DNA of 62,063 nt, filler included, from Rhabdomonas costata (GCA_019059605.1; 22 parts of 22 records of this genome joined end to end with filler, not necessarily neighbours in it), one strand, 5' to 3'. Shown: positions 36,420 through 49,477, counted from the first letter of the whole stretch. Notes: generated from the sequence alone by a model not told the origin. Numbers and translations: made by a program.

Positions 36420-38249
36420 CTGAAATACGGGCACGCGGTTGCAAAGAAAGAGGAACTCGTTTAGCACGGAAGCACTTATTACCATTAATGTTTAAGACGA
36501 TCGATAGCCGTTCGTATAAAATTTGGATCAAGATGTTCAACATTCATCGCCGCAGAATCTGATTCCAATCTTGAAATTGTTTGACTCACCAGTGAGACAA
36601 ACTTCAGCGCCACCACCACACNNNNNNNNNNNNNNNNNNNNNNNNNNNNNNNNNNNNNNNNNNNNTTAATTAATTAANNNNNNNNNNNNNNNNNNNNNNN
36701 NNNNNNNNNNNNNNNNNNNNNGTTGTTTGTTTTTTGTCAAGAGGTCTGAGCCGGTAGCCAGAAGAGAGAGAGAGGCGCTGCTCCGGCGGAGGCCACACTG
36801 GGAACCTCCCGTACTTGCCGGGAGTCTCTATGTTCTGAAGGCAGAGAGTTAGGAAACAACAATAACAAACAATGAAAGCCCGAGCCCTGTCCTGGCGGCG
36901 GGGGATGGGGACTCCCCCTGCGTCTTTCGTCAGTCAACAATTTCCGCTTTGGGTCACCACAGGTCACGCGATGGAGCATACGAACTACCTTGATACAAAT
37001 GAGCTGCAGTTCTTAAAAACTTCACGGGATTTCCACGATCACGGATTTCCATGATCATCGATTTCAACCAAAATACGATGGCGCAATTGGACGCTTTGCT
37101 TTCAAGAAGAAATATGGACATCACAGAATATCACAGACAAGTAACAGGGGAATAACGTTTGCGAAGAATAACAACATACAAGCAAACCAAAGACACTCAA
37201 GCCTGTGAGCCCAGGCTGGGATGAAAAAATGGCATACAAAGACATTCATCATGTGACCACGTAATCACAGCGGATAACTGAAACCCAGGCCGAGCTCGGA
37301 CTATATACACGACTCCATTTCAGTGTCCCCCAATAGGCCCTGCCCCAACCCCCGAAAACTTCCACTTGAAAATCAAAACCCTTACGAAGAAGCCTGCTGG
37401 GCGTACCGCTGCCTCAGGCTTGGCCTGACATTGGGCCCAAGCTTCCTCTTTTTCACCAGCAGGTGCATTCTTCGGTAGTATTCACACCTTGGAGAAAGCC
37501 GCAACACCCAATAGGTGAACCCGCAGAGAAAGCAACAAAAACAGAAAAGAGGGATGCCACCAGCATTTGCAGGCCTCGGAACACAGCGCACATATATTCG
37601 AAGGTGATTCACCCTATCACTCGTGCATACACGCCTGTTGCTGCGGTATTAACGGCAGGACAACCGAAAATGAGACTTGACGGTTGTGTGTGGCACAAAC
37701 TATCTAAAGTAAAGTGGAGAGGTGTTTGGTACCTCATGACTCCTCTCTGACCCACCTCAACTCCGGCGGAGGTGCGGAGGTGCAGGGGTCAAGAGGAAGC
37801 ACACTCGCAAACAGAACGCTGGGGACAACTCTCCAATTTTGGCTCATTTGGAACAACACTGGCGGCAGAAGAAGCTGCATTTTCCGATGTGTCTTTGTGG
37901 CCGTATTGCCGGAAGCCGATTTGGACTGGAAGCGGTTTGTGCGAGCCCCATGACAAGTTTGAATCCCCTCCCCCCATAAAACTCAAGACATGCAACCATA
38001 CAACATTAAAAACCAAAACAAGGACAACGAAACAGTCTAGCAGGGACCTGATGGTGCACAATAACGACGGCCAGGTTGGAAATCGCACACGCTCCGTGTG
38101 AATTTCGGGCACATAGTATGCACCGTTTCTACCACTGCTGATAATATCATCACGACACGGATGTGATTCCTGCTCCGTCTTTCGTTTGGTGGTGGCGGCG
38201 AGGGGAGGGGGATCGGTTCAGTGAAGGGGGCGTCTTTCGCACAACGCAC

Positions 38250-39154
38250 CTAGCCCGGAAGCACCGATAGGCCCTCTGGATGGTTTCCGCGGCTCTTGTC
38301 CTGCACTGCTCTGCTACCAGCAGGGAGTAGTGCTTTGTCTGCTTCTGTTTCCGAAGAGCAGCAGCTCGGGAACGGCCAAGGCCACCCCGGAACAGCCTCT
38401 GCGTGAAAGGGGGCCCATTCGCTTCGCTTCGAACGTCTATGTGTCAGCAGCTGGAAGAACCGTGATGGCACGAACTTACAAGAACGCATAGAAGCGAAGG
38501 CTGTACGATTGCCGGGGATTAATGCAACCATTTTACTTCAAAATAATTCGTTGTTCGCTGCGTCAGGGGCATTAAAATACATTTTTCTCCTCTTCAAAAA
38601 AGTTGCCATTCCACCTTTCCTAATTCCCACATATCTAAAACTCCATATGCAATCCATTCCCGTTTCAATGGTCGCGACTTTCCAATGCTATCTCCGCTCG
38701 TTTGTTGACAGCAGAGCCAGAAATTTTAGCAAACACACAACCAGCAATTCAAATGTTCCCTGTTAACTTCCTGCATGCTGCAAAGATACCGGATTGCATC
38801 TTCCTACAACGCCACGAAAGACCCACAGAAGCGAAGCAAAAAGAACTGAATTTTTCGGTGGGTTGCACTGATTTCCAGTCAACCGGGCAGCTAACATTGA
38901 CCGTTCACCAACGGGCACCAGGCGAAAAGCTGAAAGGCTTTCAGTCGATTCTGCTAGCGCCCACCTGGATTCGTAATGCTGCAGAGTAGTACAAGCCGTT
39001 TTGCTCGTTCCGAGCGGTCAGAACCCGGCGCCTGTCCCGGGCAGAGGTCATCCAGTCCCGCCGAGTTCGGGCATCATGGCAGCGGTAGGCCCTCTGAATG
39101 GTCGCCGCGGCTGCGGTGCGGACTCGGCCACTGCGCTCACCGGCTTCAAGAGAC
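38250..39154 (-). CDS. IQ calmodulin-binding repeat protein (exons 39154-38965, 38398-38250; further exons likely toward 37380)
   Basis: AAATIQRAYRCHDAR; AALRIQ|RLFRGGLGR (IQ motif split by a phase-0 GT-AG intron); AAETIQRAYRCFRAR. Confidence 0.85.
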
Positions 39155-39543
39155 CTGTATGACAGGGGAATGAGGGAGGGTGACCCTCGGAACTTCTGTC
39201 CTGAATGCAAGAAATCAAAGGACAAAGGACTTGAAGCCACATTATTAGAGGGTTTTAAACGGCAACAATGTCCAGAGGGTTGTCCAACTGAGTGGGCAAG
39301 AATGAGGGAATGGGGGAAAGAGCAGGAAGGGAGAGGTATAGGGAGGAAGAAAGAAAAACCAAGACAAGAAATTCGCGGGTGTGGGGAGGAAACTATGCGT
39401 GAGTATGCAAAAGAGGTGGGCGATTGTGTGAGAACCAAAAAACNNNNNNNNNNNNNNNNNNNNNNNNNNNNNNNNNNNNNNNNNNNNTTAATTAATTAAN
39501 NNNNNNNNNNNNNNNNNNNNNNNNNNNNNNNNNNNNNNNNNNN

Positions 39544-42266
39544 CGACGAATTCTTCGAATTCAAATGAACCGAAGAACCTTTTGCAACGCTCCCATTCAA
39601 CATATAAATAGTTCAGTGTACTTGCCTTGTAATGCTCGCCACGCCGCTTGGAATAAATTTTGTCTGGAGGATAAGGTGGGCTTGGGTAACCACTTCACTA
39701 GAGTATTCTACAAACTCCATGTCTACCACGAGAATTCGTTCTGGATTCTCCAGCACTGGGTATTTGCAAAAGTGACACACCAGGTCACTTTGCTTCTTCA
39801 GCCTTTGCCTTTCAAACCTCGTCAGAGAAGGCTTCCACTGATCTTCAGGTTCAGGACCGGCACTCGACATCTCCTCTTCATCACCATCAGCATCTTCACC
39901 CGGTTCTACTATTCCAACCTCCCCCACAACTGACTTCGGAGGCACAAAGGGATAAGGAAACTTCCAATCCATTTTTGAGTCCGAAATATCAACCTCATAC
40001 AACTTTCCACGTCTATCGGGCCTCACCACCCTTACTGCCATAGTCAACTCGCTCTTCAAGAGAGCGTCAGTGGGAACATAATCCAGCTTTCGGCCCTTCT
40101 TGCCATCATGGTAATCATCGGGGTCAAGCACTTTCCCTTCGGATCCCTTCCCCGCCACTGAAAATGTAACGTCTGTGTTCGGGATCCGAAATGCAAACCT
40201 GGGAACCACCGGTTCAGGCGCTGCCCTTTTCGTTGGCTAAACTGAAGCTGACGGGGCTGGGGAACGGAAACGCTTCCCCTTCTCCTTCAATGACCTCCCT
40301 CGACGGGTTTCAGTCTCCTCCTCACCGTCCTCATAGGGGGTCACGACATCTCCCCAAGCAATCCCGTCAATACTTTCTTTTGTCACCTCCGGCTCAGCCT
40401 TGCTTGTTTTATCTCCCATGATACTCACTGTGACCTCTTCCTGCAACTGTTTGTCAGGCGGAGTGTCTTCTGTTTCGACTTGAACTACTGCTTCCGTCTC
40501 TTCTGAACAAGGTATGTTTAGCTCTCCCTCCTGATTTCTCCTCGTGACCTCGTGAGCCTTCCGTTTCCAGTTTCCTTTTGCCTCTGGTGGGACACTTTCT
40601 TCCCACTCGTCGAGGGTCACCACCTTCATTGTAGGATATGGAATCAGAAGTTTCCAATTTCTGCGATAGCTGTACTCTTCGGGGTACGTCACCCATTCAC
40701 TTTTTGGAAGTACCGAGACAAAATCAGGTTCCAATCCTGGTTCCACACCCTCGAGGTCATACAGCTCGTTTAGCTTGGAGTGAACCTCCAAAACTACTTC
40801 TTTGGTAGTGAAGCCAGACTTCACCAACGACTCCAGAAACATCTCCCGTACCCACCTGACCCGCTATCGATGCGAGCTGTGCAATGAATTGCTGTAAAAG
40901 GACCCTCTCTCCCGTATGGCTCGGACTGCATAAGTTGCCATTTCCTGTACTGCAACTGCTCCTCGTGCCATCACCGGCTTCAACCTTGTCCGGATTATTT
41001 CCGGGGTGGGTGTGAGTCGGACCCACCACTGGCTCTGGGGTGAGTCAATGGGTTTTGTCTCCTCCTTCATTCCAAAAGCGGTACTTTTGGCCAACAAACC
41101 CATGCAACGCCACTCAGGTGGAATCACCAGCAACGCGTCCGGGAAAAAGGTATAGGCGTCAGTCAATTGCCTTCCGACTGCATCCTCTGCTTCCCTCAGC
41201 CTCGGGACAAGGGCGTACAACAACGCTGCCTTGTTCTCTGGGGTACAACAGAACTGGGAAGAAACATTCCCGTCTTCCACGTGATAAGTAACTAGTGGCG
41301 CCACAACTTTATAGGCTGCTACTGTCGAAGAATAAAACGTGGTGGTTTCTGGTGCAAGGACTTTCAACAGTGTTAGCATCCTACCCACTTCTGCTCGCAA
41401 CTGGTACTCATTAAAACATTCATTCAGCAACCGATACATCTCCCAAAGCTCCAATGCAAACGCACGGAATGAGCTGGATACTATCTTCTCCGGAGGAGGA
41501 CCTGGAAATCTCTTTGTCCCTTCAGAAAAGATGAGAAAACCCCCATCGCTCGGTGTGGGTGGGTTGTCAGACGGGGTCTCAGCTTGATTATCCCATCCTC
41601 GACTCCCTGGTAATCCACTCTGGGTAATGGCCTGTAACTGTCGTGCCAGACAGGTCCTACCGATGGCAATATGTCCACAGGTGATTCAAAGGTCAGAGAG
41701 CTCAGACTGCTTCTCGCACGGTCCTCCTGTCGCCTTGTGATCGGTTAGTAGAGCACTCAGTAACGGGCCCGTGACCGGAACCCGAACCACAACCTCTGCC
41801 TCACCCGCTGATGCGTGGCCATCACGTACCGACTCAGATCTTCGGACAACCTCTGGAACAATCATGACCGCTTCAACGCTCCTCGCTGTTGTCACACCTA
41901 GCGACAAAACCGGCTGAACGACGTCCTCTGGTCCTCCAACTGCTCCTTTACACCAACTTCGCTGGAATTCCTGCGGCTTCCCTGTGGCACCGCTCTCTGC
42001 AATTCTCTACCTCCTGCAACACTTTGTGCAACCTTCCCCAGATTGCTTGAACTGCCTCTTCTCAACAACATTCTGGTAACTTTTCCTTCTGCTGACTCGT
42101 TGGCCCATTAGATTGGGTAAGAGAGGCCCAGCCTCCAACCCCCTCTACTTTGGGCTCTAAAATCTTTTCGCAAACGCGGTTCCACCTTGGGCAACTCCTG
42201 CTCTTCCAAACAACTCGGTGTTTGCGAGCTCAAAGTCTCTGTAGAAGTGATCACCACCCACACAAA
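39544..42266 (-). pseudogene. Intronless, stop-interrupted long reading frame; probable decayed mobile-element or viral ORF
   Basis: ORFs 41907-41686, 41454-40864, 40842-40237 and 40209-39613 share one frame and are separated only by single stops (TGA 41686, TAG 40864, TAG 40237). No intron-like tracts. Confidence 0.6.
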
Positions 42267-42366
42267 NNNNNNNNNNNNNNNNNNNNNNNNNNNNNNNNNN
42301 NNNNNNNNNNTTAATTAATTAANNNNNNNNNNNNNNNNNNNNNNNNNNNNNNNNNNNNNNNNNNNN

Positions 42367-43935
42367 GTGTTGGGTGGTTTTGGACGTGGGTGGTGGGGTT
42401 GGAATTCTCGCTTCGGTGTTTGTTTCTGGGTTGGGGTTCCGGGTTCTGTTGACGTCCTTCGGAATGTCCTGTAGGTAAGGGATACGGGTGAATGAGCGAG
42501 GTTGTAGCTCTGCCCCGGATGTTCGCGTGTCGGCCAAAACATTGGTGACCCACTCCGTAAACAGTAATAGGTACTTAGGTGCGGCGGTACCCGACCGAGC
42601 TACTTGAGGGCGGGCGTGTCGAAAGACATGAAGGTAGCGTCAAGAACGCACATGCAAGCGTGGCGAACGAGATGGCTGTGGGTTGCGTTCCTGGGTTCAA
42701 GGGTTTGAGTAACATGTGTTGGTAAGGCTATCTGTGGACGTGTGAGTTGCGGTGAGGGTATTCGTCGTGGAGGACTTGTATCTGTGAAGGTGGACGCACT
42801 GGAAGGGTATCTTGCGAATCTGAGCGTATGCATGAGTCGTGAGGAGCATCAAGCAGTGTGCTGAGTCTCATGTGGATAGAGGCGAGTCACATCAGAAACC
42901 CCACGTAGGGCCATGCACCCGTGACCTCTATTGCTCGTTCATTGCGTGAGGGTAACACTTACGGTGGCTACACAAGTATCTCACGTGATGGGTTGGGTGG
43001 TGATCGCATAGCCATACTACCACGTACGGTTACAACCCCGGCTTTACCCCACGTATGGTATCGCTACACCCACCAACATTGAGTGTACTAAAAGAACATA
43101 CACGCATGTACGCATATACCCACCGTTCTACCGCGTACGCCTACGCTGGCCACGTACCACTCATCAGATAACGTGCTGCCCACCTGTGATAGCTCGCTGC
43201 TTCCACCACAGTCGGATTGCTGGGTACTGACAATTCCCCCCCACACTGAAGGCATCCAAGGGGTAACAGGCCACCACTGGTGAGCGAGGAATCCCAGCCG
43301 AGGGGAAAAGAAAACCTACATGCAGTACGATCCTGACAGCCTACTACGGTACGAGATGCCAAGGTGTAGGATGGGTGTCTATGCTACGATGCCACCACCA
43401 CCCAGAAGGGTGCATCGGGTGAGCAGAACATGCCATACCCCACCTTCGAGACATCCTCGCGTAGGAACCACTGGGTTAGCAGTGGAAAGGATGACGTAGC
43501 GTATTAGCATCCCACCTGAGCCAACGCTCCAAAACGGAGGCCGCCGACACACCCAACTCAACACCCACCTGCATGAGTGAGCGTAACCATCCTTATGGTG
43601 GTGGAGCGAACCATGGGTAGAAGATGATGGTGGGAGCGACGAAGGAGCGACCCGAATACCCTTGCTCTCGCATGATCGCTACGCTCTCATGCTCCTATTC
43701 CCTTGATACTCACTGCGTTCGTGGGGCCCCTCGTTGCGCTCGCTCCGTGATTCTACTCTGTCGGTCACTACTCTCCCTCCAGTTACAATTAAGTGATAAA
43801 ATCTACTCTAATAGTGGTCAAAATGATGCTAGGGGGGTTGGGGCCCCCAATCTTTGCTGGTCGTATGCTGGCCATACTCCCTATATGCTACGCTTACTCC
43901 GCTCGTTGTGCTCGCTCCGTGATTCTACTCTAACA
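42367..43935. mobile_element. Probable terminal/untranslated part of a mobile element upstream of the PRP19 exon
   Basis: Non-coding segment lacking the homopolymer tracts of neighbouring introns, rich in local hairpins, with a 30-bp direct repeat (43730-43759, 43902-43931). It ends in ...CTCTAACA (TGTTAGAG on the minus strand, LTR-like). Confidence 0.35.
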
Positions 43936-44531
43936 CCCTACAACCTGGTGTCAAAAGGAAAAAACTATCAGTGCGCTTGAAAGGTGCAGTCGGTCATGGA
44001 TGGACCGACGGAAGGTGTCATGAAAGGGAAGGCGATGGGTGGTGGTGTGTCACTATGGAGTGCTTTTCTTATGCCCAAGTACACAGACTTATACCCACAT
44101 AGGTATGCACACAGATGCACAACGACTTCCGCTTTGGCCATCTCCTGCCAGCGAACAGTGCAGCGGCAGCTGAGAGGAAACTAAAAGGGAGAGCAGGTCT
44201 TTCCATTGTCAAGGGCGCTTAGGAGGAGCAGGCCGCGGCCAAAGACGAAACATTGGAAGCAAAGGATGGGGCTGTATGACCCCAGCGGGCGCCACTGCAA
44301 AAACCTTTTGAAAAGTTCAAAAAGAAAACGGAGAAAAAAAGGCAGAGTGACAAACGAAAATCACACCATTGCAGATCAAAGCCGACTAGTTAGGTAGCAG
44401 GTAGAGTAGTGATCATCACGGTTAGCAGAGCTTGCACCAATGCAATGCCAAACAGCCCGGTCCGGAGGAAGGCCTTTGACAACACGTAGTCGCTCACCCA
44501 GCGTCTCGTTTTTGTGTCTCTGCGGGGTCAG

Positions 44532-44688
44532 GGTTTACCTGCGCTCAATTCCACCCCGATGGGCTGATCCTGGGCACGGGCACTGGGGACAGCACGGTGT
44601 GTGTGTGGGACCTGAAGATCCTTTCCAACGTGGCCACCTTCGAGGGCCACACCGGAGCGGTGACCTCCCTGAGCTTCTCAGAGAACGG
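44532..44688 (+). CDS. PRP19: Pre-mRNA processing factor 19, WD40 exon
   Basis: [52 protein letters not shown] matches the PRP19 signature (FHPDGL...FSENGY). CAG acceptor and GTTTGC donor. Confidence 0.9.
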
Positions 44689-45188
44689 GTTTGCTCCCCC
44701 ACCCCCTCCTCCCGAACCTCTGGTGCATATGATGAACTTTTTCCTGGGCTTCGTGTTCAGTCCATCAAGGAAAGCTAAACCTTAACTGTCACAGCATCTC
44801 CGTTCATCCCAAGGCGATTTATGGAGACCTCTCCGCATGCGGGGAAGTGTGGTGCCCCATAGACATTGTTTAGACTTTAAGGGGTATGCCGGTTCCCCAC
44901 ACACACATAGTATCCAAAATGCACATCCAGCCCAAGAGACTGGATGGACCATCGCAAACCACGTACCATGTACAATAACTATGCCCCCCGCCCTTCACAC
45001 ACACCACACGCACGCACGCACGCACGCACGCAGACACACGACAGTACTCGCAGACGCACCAGGGCAAAGAGTCATTGAACCAACCACCNNNNNNNNNNNN
45101 NNNNNNNNNNNNNNNNNNNNNNNNNNNNNNNNTTAATTAATTAANNNNNNNNNNNNNNNNNNNNNNNNNNNNNNNNNNNNNNNNNNNN

Positions 45189-47909
45189 ATCATCTGTCGC
45201 ATGTTGGAGGCATATAGAGATAGCTGAATTCCACCAACAGGCCCACCAGTGCAGCCTGAGATTACTCTGGTGTGGAGGTTGGTGCGACAAAGACTGATCT
45301 CAGGTCAATTGTGGATAAATTTGACGTGGAAGCAAAGGTAGGTTAGGAAATTGATTTGGATAAAGTCGCTAAAACCAAGCAATATCATTTCACGATGGAG
45401 TTGAAGGTTATGTGAACATAAAGCGTAAGTTGCGGAAATCTTCAATTAAATAGGTAGAGAGACTAATAAGTAAAGTTGAAAACAGCACCTGTGGCCGCAC
45501 GTGCAACATGTAACACACCAACCGAAATTTAGAAGTTAAATCTGGAGTTTGCAATAATTTAGGCTTCATCAGTAAATCCGGCCTCTTGGCAGCTTTGAAG
45601 CACAACACAGAACGGCGGCACCCCACACCCTCGGCACCACAATTCCAGGAAGCGGCGCGGAATATGCCGGCAAAATGCCACCCCAGTATTTCCGACTTTC
45701 TGGTTTTCGTTTGGGTGGGCCTTTCCCCGTCCAATCTCTGGAACCTCAATCGTGCCAAGCAGTAGTTGATCACCAAGGCTACCGGTCTGTCGCCCGCGCT
45801 TCGTAAGCGGCGCCGCGGCAATAACGTCAACGACTATTATATGCTTGGACAACCTTGGTATTTAACTATCGTATTAATCTTATAGTCCTCTTTCTGCCCG
45901 CGCCTGCGGCGTCCAGGCGCTCTTCCGCTTTGGCGCCGCAGTTGTCAAGGACGGCTTTGGCTTCCGCCCGCCGCTTCTTTCAAACCCCTCTTCTTTTTGG
46001 GATTCGCCGCCGGCCACCCGTATAATTACGCCTTCCCAACCTCCAAACCAAGCAAGAAAACGGCGTCAAAGTGCTCTTTCCAGCCATGCTATCGCTGTTC
46101 CTATGCTTTGGGTTGTTGTGTTTTCAACCTTTCTTCCCAATCCTTTCTCCCGTCTCGCTCGGGGTCTTGCCGTTCTCTCTCCCCCTCCCCCTCCGGTTCG
46201 GACTTGTCTAACCTTTCCATCTCTCGTTTTGTTTTTCTGCTGGGCATGGGGTCACATGCTGTGCACATGCTGTGTGATTTAGCGCTCAGCTGCTGAAGCT
46301 CTTGCTTCCCTTTCGTCCTCAACTTTCTCCCTTGACTTCCTCCGCCGGGTTTTTCCAAATGCTCCGTTACTTCATCAACATGTATGCTCTGCAACAACAA
46401 TGTCCGCTTTTCTCAACTGATGCCATGGTCTTTAATCGGACCTTTTTTTACCAGTGAACATTTTTTCGTGGACAGCTGCCTTGCTCCATAACCCAATGCG
46501 CGGCTAATTATCATGTCCCAGGGGACACGTACATCGCTCCATAGCGAGAGGGAATAAAAGAATACCATCACTGAAAAGGTCCTTTAGCCCTTTACCCACT
46601 TCGGAAGCCCCAAGACATCATAAATAGTGCCCATCCTCAAGAAGGCGACATAAAAGGGAAAAAGTTCACTGCGGGAGGAGTGCCTTCAATCTTTAGCTGG
46701 TTAACAATTTCTCGAGAATCTCGTATATGAACCATTATCTCCACTTCAACGTGTTATTTATCTTTTTATCCATTGGCTTTCCTACATGTCCCGAGCCTTT
46801 ACACACTCCGGACCGCACTGGACAGCACCCGTATTGCCATCAGAACTTGGGCTAGAGTAAAATGGTTGGGGCTCAAATTGGTAGAAGCTTCGCGGCCGAC
46901 ATATGACTCCATTCAGGCCCCATTGTGGCCATTTTAAGGGCATTTTAGACCTTGTCAATGTTGAGATAAAGTTGTAAAAAGTAAACATATCGGATCTAAA
47001 TGCGCTTTTTGTTGAAGATGAACCCCCTTGAAAGCCGCCCAATCCATCAGTGGAGGCGGAGCCGGTACATAAGCGAAAAAGTTCAAGTCAGCAGGAAGAA
47101 ACCCTGCTTTGGTTCAGAACAGGAAACGGTTTTTGGAAACACTGTTACAAAACACGTGTTAAAAGGTGTAAGAAATAGTTGAACATGTCCTACAATCGAG
47201 TGAAGGTACCCTGTTGTCCGTGATTACAGAGGGTAACGATGGTCCTTTTAAAGTCAAGTTCACGAGTGCACGATCTGACTCTTTTAAACAAGATAAAGAG
47301 TTGCTTTGCGAATGGTGCTGTGGCTGAAGATGTTTTGAAGAATGCCTCATAAGAGTACTTGCAGCCTGAGCAGTGGCAAGTAAAGTTGACAGGTACCGCT
47401 TTTAGTGCTGAACTTCCAAAAACTGGGCAAAAAATGTGACGACCCTCCACTCACACTCCACATCTGAGAAGCTCTTGTTTCTGTTGTTTCCGCTCTTGGA
47501 AAGACTTAGAGCTTTAGAGCATTTTTGAAATCAGTAGCGTCGGACTACTTTAGAAGTGACGAGTGATCAATGGAAAAAGCCTCCATGTGACTCATTTCGT
47601 GATGACTGAGGGCAGGTTTGGTGCAATTCCGGTAAAGCTATACTTAATAGTGATCAAGGCGGCAATCCATGTGGTACTGGGATACCAGTTATTGACCAGG
47701 ATACAGCGACATATTGATTGGAATCTCCATTTTGTTAAAGCATGGATAAGCTCAGGCGTTACCAGCTTTGGATCCTTTGCGCATCATCTGTCGCATGTTG
47801 GAGGCATATAGAGATAGCTGAATTCCACCAACAGGCCCACCAGTGCAGCCTGAGATTACTCTGGTGTGGAGGTTGGTGCGACAAAGACTGATCTCAGGTC
47901 AATTGTGGA
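45189..47909. repeat. Contig with an exact 127-bp terminal direct repeat (2594-bp circular or tandem unit)
   Basis: 45189-45315 is identical to 47783-47909 (ATCATCTGTCGCATG...CAATTGTGGA). Confidence 0.95.
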
Positions 47910-48806
47910 NNNNNNNNNNNNNNNNNNNNNNNNNNNNNNNNNNNNNNNNNNNNTTAATTAATTAANNNNNNNNNNNNNNNNNNNNNNNNNNNNNNNNNNN
48001 NNNNNNNNNTGTGGGCCTGGGGGCCCAGCAGGACATCTCCGTAAGCAGTGCGGTCGATGTGTTTTTTTTAGTATGGCCACCCTCATGACCTCAGAATTTT
48101 TCGGGCGAATATGGAGAAATGAGGGGGGCATTTGTGAATAGTGAAAAGGAAGAAGAAACCTGTGGTGCATCTGAAGAATGGTTTTGATTTGGGAAGTTTA
48201 ACCTGCAACCTGGTGCAAAACTCAAAGATGAAATGCAAAAGCTACAAATGAAGTCACCCACACATGTGGAAACCGTCGGTAAACCCAGATAAGTGACCTG
48301 AACTTTGCAGCGTCGAACACGTCAGCAAATATCAGGTCAGAGTTTGGTTTAGCCGTAGCACCTCGTCAACCAGGACCACTGCTAGCGGTCACCCATATCC
48401 CACGCCCCTCTCCCCTCCCCGCTCCGCCCACAGTACCGTTTTCATTCTCGTGCTTTGTGGTGCACCACACTCCGCATCTGTGCGCTCACTGTGCTTATAT
48501 TTTGGTATCCTACCGGTTAGCACTGCTGCCCAAGAGTCTGAAATGTCGTTCATGATAACGTTTCCCTGGGTATGGAGCTAACGGGTTACGTGAGAATATG
48601 GGGTAGCGGGAGTTGGAGTTGGGAGTCTTCGGATGTCTTCTGGTTTTGCATCACAGCACAACCTGATCGAGATGTTCCAGGGGCGCTTCTCACCCAGCGA
48701 CATTCGAAACGTCTTGTGCGAATACAACGGGGACTGCCAGAGGGTAATCGACCGACTCTTGGGTGTGCCTCTTCTTACTGAGCGCCTGTGACATGCTGCG
48801 ATTAGT

Positions 48807-48985
48807 TCTCTCTCTCTCTCTCTCTCTCTTCTCTGGGCTAAGCCCACTCGTTCTTGAAGACTCCTTTGTGCATTTGCTAAGGTGCGACACGGCGGAGGGA
48901 ATCTTACTCACCTGAGTTGGGTATAGAGGGCAAACACTGGTACGAATTCTGTCAGGCACCGAAATTGAAATATCACCCACACACT
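48807..48985 (-). repeat. Dispersed repeat family 1, copy A with a (GA)n tail
   Basis: Reverse-complement homolog of 50186-50349; shared blocks GGCTAAGCCCACTCGTTCT, CGACACGGCGGAGGGAAT, CTGAGTTGGGTA, AAACACTGGTA, TGTCAGGCACCG. Confidence 0.9.
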
Positions 48986-49477
48986 TTGTGCACTTGGCCA
49001 AGGCGACTTTTTCCGGGGAAGACGCGCGTTCTCTTCCCCTCTGGGCTCCCCACCCAGCTTTTGGGGGGGAGGATTTGGGGCATGGGCGAGGAAGACTTCA
49101 GCCCAAACTGATTTCTTTGAAAATTTTCGATTTGCGTTTCGAAATTTTTTTGGATTATTAGCTGAAATGAGTGACCCTAACCCCCGTGAAATGAGTGACC
49201 CTAACCCCCGTTTCCGAGGTAACCTCAGACCGGAACGCCAGTTCCCGAAAATGAGAACGAAGGACTTAGGAGACAAGTCGCATTCTCATCCACTGCTTAC
49301 CGGCAGCCCCCACAACTTAAAGGTTAAGACCGTGACAAGCCCAGGTTACTTGTTTCTTTAGGAGTTGGAGTTTGGGCTCTTTCTTGAATGTTCCGAGCGA
49401 GGTCTTGGGCAAAGCCGCGCTGCGCTTTTCTTTCCTTTCATATGGAGACCCACTTCCCTGCTTTGTGCTCTCCAAAG

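Noticed and set aside
37023-37068. Three degenerate ~16-bp units (CACGGATTTCCAYGAT)
   Set aside because: A short decayed minisatellite with no spacers and no associated genes.
43160-43167. CTGATGA hammerhead-like cores (also at ~7318 and ~60676)
   Set aside because: No stem II followed by GAAA with closing helices could be built.
45275-45286. GAGGTTGGTGCG resembling kinetoplast minicircle CSB-3 (GGGGTTGGTGTA) in the circular contig
   Set aside because: Only 9/12 match, no CSB-1/2 was recognised, and it falls in a protein-like frame. No CRESS nonanucleotide stem-loop or Rep motif was found either.
49164-49211. Tandem duplication of about 23 bp containing CCCTAACCC
   Set aside because: Only two copies, each with one telomere-like hexamer. 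It is neither a telomere array nor CRISPR.
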